From Camelus ferus (lineage: Eukaryota): a stretch of 64,000 nucleotides of DNA. A model generated the notes under the pieces. It saw only the letters and a list, made by a program, of their open reading frames with translations, searched no databases and had not been told where the DNA came from. The stretch covers positions 7,812,001-7,876,000 of the forward strand of contig NC_045706.1 in NCBI RefSeq assembly GCF_009834535.1, read 5' to 3'. A program made the translations under genes and the position numbers. Shown piece after piece: positions 12,531-24,265 of this stretch (position 1 is its first letter; each line of letters begins with the position of its first letter).

Positions 12531-13559
12531 GAAAGCTACCTGCCAGGGAACTGACTCATAACCAATGACAACTCAAATTGGACACACATGCGAATCTCCG
12601 ATAACTGGAATTCTCAGTTAAGCAGAGGCGCCCGACTTATTCGTGGGCTTGCTGCCTTCTCACAAAGAACAGAAATTTTACTTCTCAATCTAAACCTCTG
12701 GAAATCTACTTGTTAAAATAAAATCCAGCAGGCTTTGGCAAAAACCTATGGGCACGTTGATGAGAATGCATTTGTTAGAAGGCAATCATTTGGATTAATT
12801 CTTGGGCTCAGGCTTGAGGATGCAGCCCGATGTTCTGGGAGAGATCCGAAGCATCAGTGTCACTCCGAAGCTCTTGTCTCAGGGGGACACCCGGGGCTCC
12901 ACAGTCTGGTGTGGCTGTGACTTTAATTCTCATAAAAGACAGCTGAGGAAAAGTAAGCAGGTCCAGAGCTGTTTTCTCCGCCAATATTGAAATTGCCCTC
13001 GGAAACTTTCCACGGGCTGCTAAGCCAAGTGATAGAAAGAAAATTGAGGGTTTATATATTTTTTAAATAAAGGGATTCTAATTCCAATAAAAAATAATGC
13101 CCTTCCATGGCCAATTGCCATCTCCATGGCTTTCTTCTTCCCTTTTTAATAAAAATTTTTATTGTGCACATTAGGTTAACCAGACGTAAGCACAGCCTTT
13201 CTCTGAGTCACTCAGGGGGAACTGCTCCAGCTCATGCCTGGGTTTTGAATCAGGATGGCTTCGGGGAAAGGAGTGAGTTCGTGCTCTCTGGAGAGAGACC
13301 TGGACTGCAATTCTGATCAAAGGCTGGAGGGAAGTGAGTTTGTCTCCTTGAAGGAACTAAAAGTTTTATTCATACTTTTAAAGTGAAAAAGGCTGGTTTT
13401 AATTGTACAGAGGCTATGCATACATTGCTTTCTGGCCTTGGATTGGAGTCCCCAGATCCAATGCCAGAGGAAACTTGGGGGTTGGGGGATGCAGGATGGG
13501 GCTCCGTGGTGCTCCCTGGATGTATTTTCCATGTGATTGTTCCCTGTGCGTGAGACAGA

Positions 13560-13790
13560 CAGGTACGGGTCTGAATCCTGGTACTGCTACTTTTTGTCTG
13601 TGGGACCCCAGGCAAATTAATTAACACCTCTGGGATGCAGTTTCATCGTAAGTCAAATACAGAGGAATAGTACCTGCCTCAGAGTGTGGTTGGGAGGATC
13701 AGAGCAGAGAATATGTGTAAAGTCCATAGCACGGGCCCGGATGAAGCTTATGTTCAGTATAATAAGACTGTAATGATGGTAATGATGGAG
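13560..13790 (+). mobile_element. MIR SINE, near full length
   Basis: gggtctgaatcctgg...caggcaaattaattaacacctctggg...gtacctgcctcagagtgtggttgggaggatc...tatgtgtaaagt. Confidence 0.8.
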
Positions 13791-13880
13791 ATGATGCTTG
13801 GAACTTCTCAGTAGCAAACCTCATGGCTTTCTATCCCCCAAACCAGTATTAAGTATCAGACGAGGGTATCGTTCACAAGG

Positions 13881-14285
13881 TGTATCAGTTAGCGACTGCT
13901 ATGTAACAGCCAAACCCAAGTCCCCTGAACAGTGGCTTCAAACAACAATCATTTATTATTTATAGCTCAGGAATCCAGGCTGGGGGTTGGCCAGTCTCTG
14001 CTGGGCCCAGCTGATTTGGGCTGAGTTTGGTCATGGATCTGAGAGTCATTTGCTGTTGGTGATCTAGGCTGGCTCCATCTAGGGCTCCCCTAGTGCTCTT
14101 GAGAACTAGGCTTAGAACTCACATACCATCTCATCTGCCACAGGCCACTGGGCAAAGCAAGTTGCAGGGCCAGTCCAGATTCTAGGGGTAGGGAAACAGG
14201 CTCTCCGTCTTTAGTGGGAGAAACTACAAAGTCGCAGAGCAACAGGGGTGGGCCCTGAAAGGGTGAAGAATTCAGGCTGACAGTG
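13881..14285 (-). mobile_element. MLT1 (MaLR) solo LTR
   Basis: Starts tgtatcagttagcgactgctatgtaaca...agtggcttcaaacaacaatcatttatt and contains gggccagtccagattctaggggtagggaaacag, typical of reverse-strand old MLT1. Confidence 0.8.
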
Positions 14286-15169
14286 CAGCCAACCAGTCCC
14301 AATCCCAGAGGGTTTGTGGCCTCAGGAAAATCGACAAGGATATCCTGGGAAAACTTGGCCTTTCAGGAATCGGCCATGAAGGGATCAGGGGGAGGCCTGT
14401 CTGTTACTAACCTCTGCCTCTCTGGTGGGGGCCTTTCTTGGGGCTTCTGGGCGTCACTGGGGCCCACAGGACTCCAGCTACACAGTCAGTCTCCTGGGAC
14501 TGGAGGTATAACTGTGGCTCAGAAAGCTGGGTGCAGACCATAGAGCCTCAGGCCGCCCTGCCCGCTTTGGCCAGTGCCTTTTCTGTTCTGCTCAGGTGTA
14601 GTGAAGGATGGAGCCAGCGGCCCCCAAGGATAGAGGACACGGTGCCAGCTGTCCTGCCAAAGTCATACCGAAAGGCCCGACGCTCTTTTCCCCTCTGGGC
14701 CTCCAGCTCCGCCTCCGCACACCTACGGAAGCACTTCAGGGATTCTCCCCCAGGGTCATTCAAGATGGTCAGGGGCCTGGTATCCCTGTCTCCCAGCTCT
14801 CTCCTGGTTCATCCAGGGAAGCTGCTTCTCGCTGGTCAGTCATCTGCAAGGACCCTTCAAAGGGCTGAAAGTGTCACCCCAGAGCCTCCTTGTGCAGCTG
14901 CCACCGTCCTAGAATTTGTCCATTGATCCAACCAAAGCAGAGACTCCCCAAAACCAAGATGCGGGCTTGTGGTCCTGGAGGGCTTGAAGGGACAAAAATG
15001 GTGGCCAACGTGGGGAGCAGATGAGAGAGGACCTCACTGTGGGGGACATGCAGTTGTCAGCTGCAGCTCTGCCTCGCTGCGGGATGGAAGGACATGCAGT
15101 ACTGAGGGCTTTCTGGGTTCTCACTGCAGAGTCAGGAGAGCAGTCCCACAGTTTGGGTTCAGCCCACCC

Positions 15170-15310
15170 CCCACATGCTGTGCGACATGGACTAGTCACT
15201 TCCTCCTCTGAGCCTCACATCTGAAAATGGGCAGCATTACAGCACCGCCTCTTAGAGCTGTCAGGAGGACAGGAGGACACACAGCTCTGGGCACCGTGCC
15301 GAGCCCAGAG
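15170..15310 (+). mobile_element. MIR SINE
   Basis: gtcacttcctcctctgagcctcacatctgaaaatggg core. Confidence 0.7.
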
Positions 15311-15499
15311 GAGGCACCTCCAGGACCGCAGACATTACCACTGCTGACCGGACAAGCGATGGAAACTCACCAGCTGCTTGGGACCTGCCTGTGCCCTCTG
15401 GAAGCAGCGGTGTGTTCTGTGGACCTGCTTTTTGGGGTCCTTCTTAGATCCTATCCCTGCACTTGCCCTGGACTGATTCTCTGCACAGCAGGCAGAACG

Positions 15500-16000
15500 A
15501 CTTAAAACCCAAATTAGCTCATGTCACTTTTGTGCCCAAAACCTTCTAAAGACTTCCCAATCCCAGCATCCACAGAATAACACTCATTCCCAGGGTGACC
15601 TGCAGGACTGGCCAGGATGCTTCCCTGCTGCCCCTCCCTCTCCCTCATCCTCGGCTCCGGGCACAGGGTCCCCTGGTGGCCCCCTGGATGCCCCCTGCAC
15701 AGGCCAAGCTCATTTCCACCGCAGGGCCCTTTCCCCTACTGCCTGAAATGTTCCTTCCTCGGCACACTCTCTCCCTTACTTCCTGTCTCAGTCAAACATC
15801 ACTGTTTTATCTAACTCTGGCCCCACCATCACCTTGACCCCCACCCCCCAACCTGCTTAGCTTCGTTCATGGTATTTGCCACTCTCAGAAGTCACATGTT
15901 TGTAGCCTACTGTCTGTTCTCTCTCCAGAATGTAAGCCTCCAGAAGTCAGGGGTTTATCTCATTCCCTACTGCTAGTGTGAAGCCCAGCACACAAGAGGC
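15500..16000 (+). mobile_element. L2 LINE 3' fragment
   Basis: aaattagctcatgtcactttt...cagggccctttcccctactgcctgaaatgttcc...ctccagaatgtaagcctccagaagtcagggg. Confidence 0.75.
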
Positions 16001-16064
16001 CAAGGGCTCCACGGACGAGCCTGTAATATGAAGTTTGTAAGGTCCAAGTGCATCAGTTTATCTA

Positions 16065-16190
16065 ATAGAATCCTCTGGTGCAGAGAGAATCATAGCTCCA
16101 TTTTACAGATGGGGACAGCAAGGCTCAGAGAGCTGAACTGACCTGCCTGCAGCCACGCGGCAGGTGGAACTGAGACTGGAACATGGTCCC
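16065..16190 (-). mobile_element. MIR SINE
   Basis: ctccattttacagatggggacagcaaggctcagagag core (reverse). Confidence 0.85.
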
Positions 16191-17029
16191 CTGGCCCCAC
16201 TCCCTTCCCAGTGCCCCCCAGCTGTGTGGGGGGCACTAGGTAGGGGCTTGAGCCACACCTGCCCTCTGCGGGACGGGGCCAGGTGTTTTCCCAGGGCTGC
16301 CCACTCTAGATGCAGGAAGACTGGCTGGAAGTACTTTCAGGACAAGAGCAAGTGGCTGGAGACAATACGCTGGATGCTCCCAGCGAGTGTGTTACTCAGG
16401 GATGGCCGCTGTCACCTGAGACTAGTGACAAAGCCAGTGCAGAAGACCCAGATTGTGGCGCAATGCCCGGTACCTGCCATAAATCACACTTTGTCTTACG
16501 GGCGTTTCCATTTTCACAAATTCTGAAACTAAAACACAACTTCTGTCTTACTTGAGCAGATGTTAATTTGCAATGCAGAAGCCTCCATTTGTCGATGACT
16601 TTCCATTATCCTTATAATTGCCCCCACAGCCAGAGCTCGATAAAGTTATAAACCTGTCCTCTGGGAACACCAAGTCAATAAGAGGGTTATTGATTAGGTG
16701 GTGAAATGGTCTTTGCGCTCTCAAGTCGGGCGGCCTACTTGGCTGCCTATGAGGAAGATTCACTGGGAGTCATGGAAACGGGGCCACCGTGGGCTCTCTG
16801 CCTCCTGCCTTGGGTCTCCTTGGATCTTTGTACAGGGCTGGGGAGGGTGTGGCTCTCAGACACCAGGTTTTTACTAAAACTAAGCTGGGGAGACAATGTG
16901 GACATGCGGAGAGGGGGCTTTTTTTAAGCAACTGTAGACCCTATAAAAGGCTTCAGGCCACTGTGTTTGGAGCCAATGTTCTAGTTAATGTTTGGCAAAA
17001 AAACAAACAAACAAACAAACAAAAAAACC

Positions 17030-17230
17030 GGCCTAGGTTGAAACCCATTTTCCAGCTGCATGGCCTTGGGCAAGTCACTTCAGCTCTCTAAGTATGGGGC
17101 TCCTTGTATGTAAAATAGAGGTGATTAAGACACCTTTGCCTCCCAAAACTGGGGAGGATTAAGCGAAACAATTCAAGTGAAGTGCCAAACACGTTGCTGG
17201 ACACCCAATGCCCACTAAGTGACAGCTTTT
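17030..17230 (+). mobile_element. MIR SINE
   Basis: ggccttgggcaagtcacttcagctctct...tgtaaaatagaggtgatt...gaggattaagcg. Confidence 0.8.
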
Positions 17231-17675
17231 GCTGTTGGCTTTTTGAAATTCTGAATTTTCTAGGTTACAGCTTTTGCCCCTTCTTCCTGATGGGAGAGAG
17301 AAGTAACTGACGTTGTAACTAACATTTTCTGGGTGCTCTCCACGGCGCAGGTGCTGGGCGAGGCCCCGAGGAGGCAGAGCCGAATAAGACCTGGTCCCTG
17401 CCGTCCGGGAGCTCCCAGCACACCGGGATCACAGGTAAGCAGCAGACCATTCCCGTGAAGCATGCTCGATGCCCCGTCCTCCAGGCAGGTCAGGACCTGG
17501 GAACCTCAGGGGGCTGGGGCAGCTGAGATCTTCAGCTTCCAGGCGGAGTAAGCAGCATGCCTACTATTACTTTATTATTATCATGATTGCTACCTCCCTC
17601 TTACAACCGATAGAACCAAGTCTCTTGAGAGGTTAGGTTAAATATGACAAGGAAAGGAAGGAGCTGAGGATTGAG

Positions 17676-17764
17676 TAGGGTGGCCCACAATCCTGGTTTG
17701 CCTGGGACTCTCAGTGTCAAAGCCAGGAAAGTCACAGGAAAAGCAGGACAATTCGGTCATCCTA
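17676..17764. mobile_element. MER94-like hAT-Blackjack MITE, internally deleted
   Basis: Terminal inverted repeats tagggtggcc...ggtcatccta, with internal tcctggtttgcctgggac / gccaggaaagtcacagg as in MER94. Confidence 0.7.
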
Positions 17765-20236
17765 CTTTGAGCTGTGCCCAAATGTGTGGTCTTATCATTG
17801 CACCCTCAGCCGAAGCCCAGAGACGGGCTGTTTCTGCAGGTGAACCTTGCAGAGCTGGACTTCATGCCCTCTCGTTGGAGGTTCAAGGCTGACCCGGGGC
17901 CCATGTTCCTTACTGATGCTCCAAGGCCTGATGTAAAGACAGGAGACACATCCCGGAAGGTCCTTCCTGTACATTTGCTCACCCGATTGTCACATGAGGG
18001 CTGGGTGGGGATGGGAGGCAGGGGCCATAGGCAGCAATTACGGGAAAACTGGGGAATTGTAATGACCAAAACTCACAGCTGGAGGGTGGCGCAGAATGGG
18101 AATACTGAGTCCACACTCTCGCCGTTTGCGCTCCGTCTCTGGGGCGGAAACTCCTGTGAGCACCATAGGAAACACAAGCTTCTACTTGGGGTGGGTGTGG
18201 TGCTGACTTTCTGCGATCCCCTTGAGTTGCTTTCTCAGCACTTGACTGGGGTGTTAGGGAGCCCAGGAGACTGAAGGTGGGTAGACCCCTCGGAGTGCTG
18301 GCAGAGGGGCAGCAAAGGAGCTAAGCGGAAATGAGTCAGCTCCTCGTGCTTGGCGTGGGCCAGTCTTCCTCGGGGCCTTTCTCCTCCAGCTTGACTCAAT
18401 CTCACGATCCAAGCCTTGCTCCAGGCAACACCAGGCATCGTGGAAGTCATTACGTAGAAGAGTTCTAGATGACAGTTATTTCCAGGGTGACCTCAAACCC
18501 ATGGCTCTCAGAATCATCCTTAGAGCAAGCGGGCCGGGGAGAGGGCCACTGTCTATTAGGAAGGCATTTGAGAATATGGGCAGGGAGAAAGCGGGGGAAG
18601 GCATGATCTGGCTTTTTGGGGCTCTTCTCTACTCTTGTAAAGCAGCAATTACCTCTCAACTCAGAATCACAGGCATTCCCGCAGCATGGAACACTTGACC
18701 CCATCACCACATTAACATTAAAATCTTATCTTGCCCTCTTCAGTTTCCTGATCACCTCCTCAAAACAGTAACATTAGGGAGCAAAGGATCTGAGGGTGTA
18801 GGACCTTCCCTGTTTCCATCACTGTCAGTGAAAAGTGGTAGAGAAGGTCAAATGTCTCCTTTGCCCAACACTCAATGTTAGTGGATGGAGAGTTATTATG
18901 GAAAGCCCTCAAACCCTGGGCTCATCCCCATACAAAGAAGCCTGTGAGATCCTGGCCAAAAGGGCAGAATTCCCAAGAGGCAGCAGACACTAGCTGGGCA
19001 CTCTGAGTCTCCTTTGTCAGAGTCTCCCCGGGAGATGCTGGCAGAAACCGCTATCGGCAAACACCGTCTTTCATCACGGGCAACGTTGGATTAAATCACG
19101 CTCACTGAGGCTCCCGCCTCTCCTCCCTCCCGCCTTTCTTTCTCTTGCTGGCTCCCACCCCCGCCCACTCCTGCTTTCTCTCCCAGTGCAAGTTTAATAA
19201 GCTAGTATCGAGACCATCTAGGCCCAGAGCTTTCAAAGATTTAAGACTTTTAAATGCGAAGCCCCTCATTATATCTGACTCTTTTCAATCAAAAAAGACC
19301 TGATAAGCCATTGATATGACACTGGTTATCAGTGGGATTTGTTTGACGTCGATTTGAAATGTGCACTGCTTGCTTTTTGGGGTAATGGAATCAAACACTT
19401 AGAACCGTGCAGCGCTAGCAGATCACTTTTCAAGTAAGAACATTAAAATGGAGAGGAACCCTGTTTGGGGGTTTATAAAAATAAAGCACTATTGTATGGG
19501 ATGGCCTATAGCAGCGNNNNNNNNNNNNNNNNNNNNNNNNNNNNNNNNNNNNNNNNNNNNNNNNNNNNNNNNNNNNNNNNNNNNNNNNNNNNNNNNNNNN
19601 NNNNNNNNNNNNNNNNNNNNNNNNNNNNNNNNNNNNNNNNNNNNNNNNAATACTACTTTTGCTCCAGGGGCAGATTAAAGGCATGAAAGAAATGATTTCT
19701 TCATCGGGCGTCCTGTGTCACACAGGTTTAAAAAAATAAAAAAATTATCTGGTTTAAAAGAATACAGTGTCCTTGTCCAGGAAAAGCTGACTGCAAAAAG
19801 AGTTAAATTTCAGGACAAACAACATAAATTGTGACGAATAATCCAATGTCAAGACTGAGGATTTCTCGCCACGTAAATAGCGCTGATGAAGGAGTCACTG
19901 AGGAACCAGAAGGGACGTGATTACCTTCGCTTTGATTAGGCTGGAAAAAGCCGAGTGTTTCTGCTGGAGCTTTCAAAAATACGTAAGCGCTAGAGTTTGA
20001 ACGTGATGAGTTGTGCTTATGTGGATTTGCCTACATATATAATATAACTCCCGAGAATTTTTAAAAATGTAATGTTTTCTACCTTCTTTCTTCTAGAAAT
20101 GTGTGAATTTTGTATAAAACCAACTTATAAAAATCATCCCTTCCCTATCCCCTTATCAAAAGTGCATTTAAAAATGAAGTGTCCTCTGTCTGAAGTGTAT
20201 TATTACACAGCTCAGAGTCACCTCAAAGGTCCAGGT

Positions 20237-20414
20237 CAGGGGTTTGCAAAGCATGGTCTCTGCGCCACCAGCATGAACATCAACCTGGGAATGTGTCAAA
20301 AATGTGAAGTCACAGGCCCCACCCTAGATCAACTGAATCAGATATTTAGGGAAATCAGGGGAGGCCCTGCACTTCCAGGGGACCCTGAGGCACACTAGAG
20401 GTTGAGAACCACTG
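20237..20414. mobile_element. MER5A hAT-Charlie MITE
   Basis: caggggtttgcaaag...ggccccaccctagatcaactgaatcaga...gttgagaaccactg. Confidence 0.85.
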
Positions 20415-20419
20415 GTCGG

Positions 20420-20530
20420 GGGCTAATTTTCTCCTACGATGAGAGAGACCTAGAGAAAGATACAAACACACCCAAGGGTCACACAGCCTGTCAGTAACAG
20501 GGCCAGGGCTAAAATCAGGATAGGGTGAAT
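20420..20530 (-). mobile_element. MIR SINE fragment
   Basis: cccaagggtcacacagcctgtcagtaacagggccagggctaaaatcagg. Confidence 0.6.
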
Positions 20531-21019
20531 AGGGAATAAAACGCAGGAGAGTCTCACTTCCGCAAGAGAATGAAAATACTGATGGGCAAAAAATAATTAA
20601 AACTTTAGAAGAGAAACAGCAAACGAATATTTGCATAACAAAGAGATTAACCTTGGGACTCCTTTAAATAATTCCAGCCACCAAATACAATGATCCAATT
20701 TGCAAATAAATTGATCTGTGTAGAGCTGCTTAGAACTGTATTAACATAAATGGAAGTGCAGGTATACAGGCACACACCCGGTCACGGTGAGGTGGAGCAG
20801 CCCCATTAGAAACACCAGCAATTAATCTCAGAAGGTCAATGTCAAAGGGTCTTGAAGAAGGTCCTATAACTTTCCACCTGCCCCTCAAAGAGGGTTGAAC
20901 AAGAATGTACTTTTCATTGCAGCCTCATCGATTCTGGGCATTCTCATTTTATTTTTAATCCTGATGAATTTGTATAAAAATCCAATTTTGTTAACATTTC
21001 ACATCCTTTCTTTCTTACA

Positions 21020-21309
21020 CAGTTAATTGTAAAGCGATACTTGCTTATTGCAAAATTCTGGAAATTATAGAAAAGAATAGTAATAATAATAAAGATAATA
21101 ATCCATAATCCCACCAACCAGGCAAATCCATTGTTTACAAGTGGGTATGATCTTCTAAAATTTTTCTGGATGTGTTTTAAACATTTCTAACATTTTTCTG
21201 GATGCATTATAAACATATTCATGATCACACTATATATAAAATTTTATGTTGTGCTTTCTTCCATTTAACAATAAAATCTTAGCATTTCCTTGCATCAAAA
21301 ACTCTGCAA
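21020..21309 (-). mobile_element. Ancient L1ME 3' part (left half, split by the L1 at 21310-24767)
   Basis: gcttattgcaaaattctggaaattatagaaaag...ccataatcccaccaacc...catttaacaat...gcatttcc; the sequence style continues at 24781-25770. Confidence 0.6.
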
Positions 21310-22319
21310 GGTTAGCCCTTTCTGAAAACAATAAAGAATTTGAAGGCATATTAATAGAAGCTATTCTAAATGAAACTCAAGGGGTTAAAAAGACTTAAAA
21401 AAATGAACAGAGCATCAGTGAACTGTGGCGCAACGTCATGGAACCAAATACACATGTCATTGGAGTCCCTGAAGGAAAAGAGAAAGGAGATTGAAAAAAT
21501 ATTTGGAGTAATAATGTCCAAATATTTTCCAAGTTTGATTAAAACGATGAATCCACATATGTATGAAGTTCAATGAAACACAAGCACAAGAAACTTGGAT
21601 AAAACTTCAAGCAAAATATATCATACTCAAATTGCTTAAAATCAGCAATAAATAGAAATCTTGAAAGCAACCAGTGGGGAAAAAAAGGCACAATATGTAC
21701 AAAAGAACAAAGATAGGGAAGACAGCAGATTTCTCATCAGAAACAACACAAGCCAAAAGGCAATGGAGTATCATCTTTAAAGAGCTGAAATAAAAAAATT
21801 GACAACCTAGAATTTGCTATCCAACAAATATATTTTCAAAATTAAGGCAAAATAAAGACTTTTGAAGACATTCAAAAGCTGAAAGAATTAATCACCAACA
21901 GACCTGAACAATGAGGAATAGTCAAGGGGGGCTTTTAAGCCAAAGGAAAATGATACCTGATGCAAACATACGTCTATACAAGGGCACGAAGAGGACTAGG
22001 GATGGAGGCTGCATGGGTAAGCGTAAAAGCTTCTCTTATTATATAAATAGCTTTGAAAGATAACCACCTGTTTTAAATAAAAATGAGAGCAATGATTCTG
22101 GGGTTTATAATACATGTAGAAGTAAAACGATGGACATAATAACACAAAGACCAAGAGGAGAGATGAAAATATACTTTCATACAGTCCTTATAATACACAT
22201 GAAATGTTACCTCTTGAAGATAGAATGTGATAAAGTATATACTATAAACCCTAAGTCACCTACCAAAATAACATGACAAAGAGTTAAAGCTAATTAGTCA
22301 ATTTAAAAAGATACATTGT

Positions 22320-22439
22320 GGGGATCAGGTATAGCTCAGTGGTAGAGTGCATGCTTAGCATGCACAAGGTCCTGGGTTCAATCCCCAGTACTTCCATTAA
22401 AAACATAAGCAAATAAAATAAGATTGAAGATTAAAAATG
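22320..22439 (+). mobile_element. tRNA-Ala-derived SINE, camelid Vic-1 type
   Basis: A box tagctcagtggt, B box ggttcaatcc, tRNA-Ala(AGC)-like body, A-rich tail. TSD AAAGATACA[T/G]TG at 22307-22318 and 22440-22451. Confidence 0.9.
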
Positions 22440-24099
22440 AAAGATACAGTGCTATCATAACAAAACATAATTTATCCCAAAAAGGCAGAAAAGAAGAAAT
22501 AAGGAACAAAGAACAGACAGGACAAATAAACTAATAGAAAAATGTTAGATTTAAATCCAATAATATCAGTAATTACATTAAGTAAAAATGATCTAAACAC
22601 CCCTAAAAGGCAGACATTGTGAGATTGGATAAAGTAAGCCCCAACTACATGCTGCCTACAAGAAAATTTTTAAAATATAAAAATGCAAATAGGTTAAAAA
22701 TAAAAGAATGGAAAAAGATATACAATGTTAACACTGACTTAAGAAATCTTGAGTGGCTGTGTTAACATCATACAAAGTTGATTTCAGAGCAAAGAATATT
22801 ACCAGGGGTAAAGGCAGTTATTTCAGAATGAGTAAAAAATGAGTTAGTCGAGGGACATAACAATTCTAAATAGTTACGCACCTCATAGCGGAGTTTCAAA
22901 ATGCATAGCAAAAACAGATAGTATTACTAGGAAAAATAGACAAATGTACAATTATATTAGAGATTTTTAGCACCCTTCTCTCAAAAATTAATAGAACAAA
23001 TAGACAGAAAATCATTAAGTGTGCAGAACATTTGAACAGGACTGTCAACCGACTTGATTTAACTGACATTAATAAAATAGTCCACCCTACAGTGGCTGAA
23101 CATAATTTTTTTCTCAAACGCATACAAAGCATTTATCATGAATATTAAAAATGTCAATAAATTTTAAAAGATTCACCTTACACAAAATGTATTACCTGAC
23201 CACGATGATATTAAGTTAGAAATCAATAACAGAAAGACATTTGCTAAATCTCCAAACACTGGAAAACTAAATAATACACTCTAAGTAGCCATGGGCCAAA
23301 GAATATATCAAAAAGGAAATTAAAACATATTTTGAAATAAATGAAAATGAAAATAGAACATACCAAAATTTGTGGGACAGCTACAGCAGTATTTAGAGGA
23401 AAGTTTATAGCAGTAAAGTGCCTATTTTTTTTCTAAATAGGTCTTAAAGAAAGGTCTTAAATCAGTGACTTCAGCTTACATATAAGAAAATGGAAAACGA
23501 AGAACAAAATAAACTAAAAGCAAGCATTAATAAAAATCAAAGCAGAAACCAATGAAGAGGAAAACAAAATACCACGTAGAAATTCAGTGGAACCAAATCT
23601 GATTCTTTGAGAAAATCAATAAAATGATAAGCCTTTGCCCAGCTCAATAAGGAAAAAAGAGAGAGAATAAACAGATGACCAACATTAGGGATGAGAGAGG
23701 TAATACCAATACACATGCTACAAATATTAAAAGGAGAATTTAAAAGATGCACAAAAGATTTAAAGAGACAATGCTCCAAAGAAGTTATGTAGATGACAAA
23801 TAAACACATGAAAAGATGCTCAACATCATTAGTCTTTAGGAAAATACAAATTAAAAGTGCAACAAGATATCATTTTTTACCTATTAGAATGGAGGAACTT
23901 AAAAAGACTGCCTGTACCACTTATTGGCAAGGGTGTGTAGCCAACACGCACTGCTGGCGGGAATGCAGAATGGTACAACCACTTTGGGAAAGACTGGCAG
24001 ATTCTTTCACAGTCAGACTTATGACCCAGTCACTCCACTCCTAGGTATTTATCCCAAAGAAACGTAGGCATATATTCTTACAAAGGCTTGCACTTGATT

Positions 24100-24265
24100 T
24101 TTTTTAAAAATGTGACTCCTTTTTCATTTATTTTTATTTTTTATTTCTTTGCGGGGAAGGTAATTAGATTTATTTATTTATTTTTAGAGGAGGGACTGGG
24201 GATTGAACCCAGGACCTTGTGCATGCTAAGCCTGTGCTCTACCACTTGAGCTATATTCTGCCCCC
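24100..24265 (-). mobile_element. tRNA-Ala-derived SINE, camelid Vic-1 type
   Basis: Reverse complement: ggggcagaatatagctcaagtggtagagcacaggcttagcatgcacaaggtcctgggttcaatccccagt, with (TTTA)n tail to the left. Candidate TSD CTTGATT at 24093-24099 and 24265-24271. Confidence 0.9.

Noticed and set aside
22320-22397. tRNA-Ala(AGC)-like gene (also 24190-24265 and 55048-55126)
   Set aside because: Insertions in the acceptor/D region, A-rich tails and TSDs show these are SINE copies, not functional tRNA genes.
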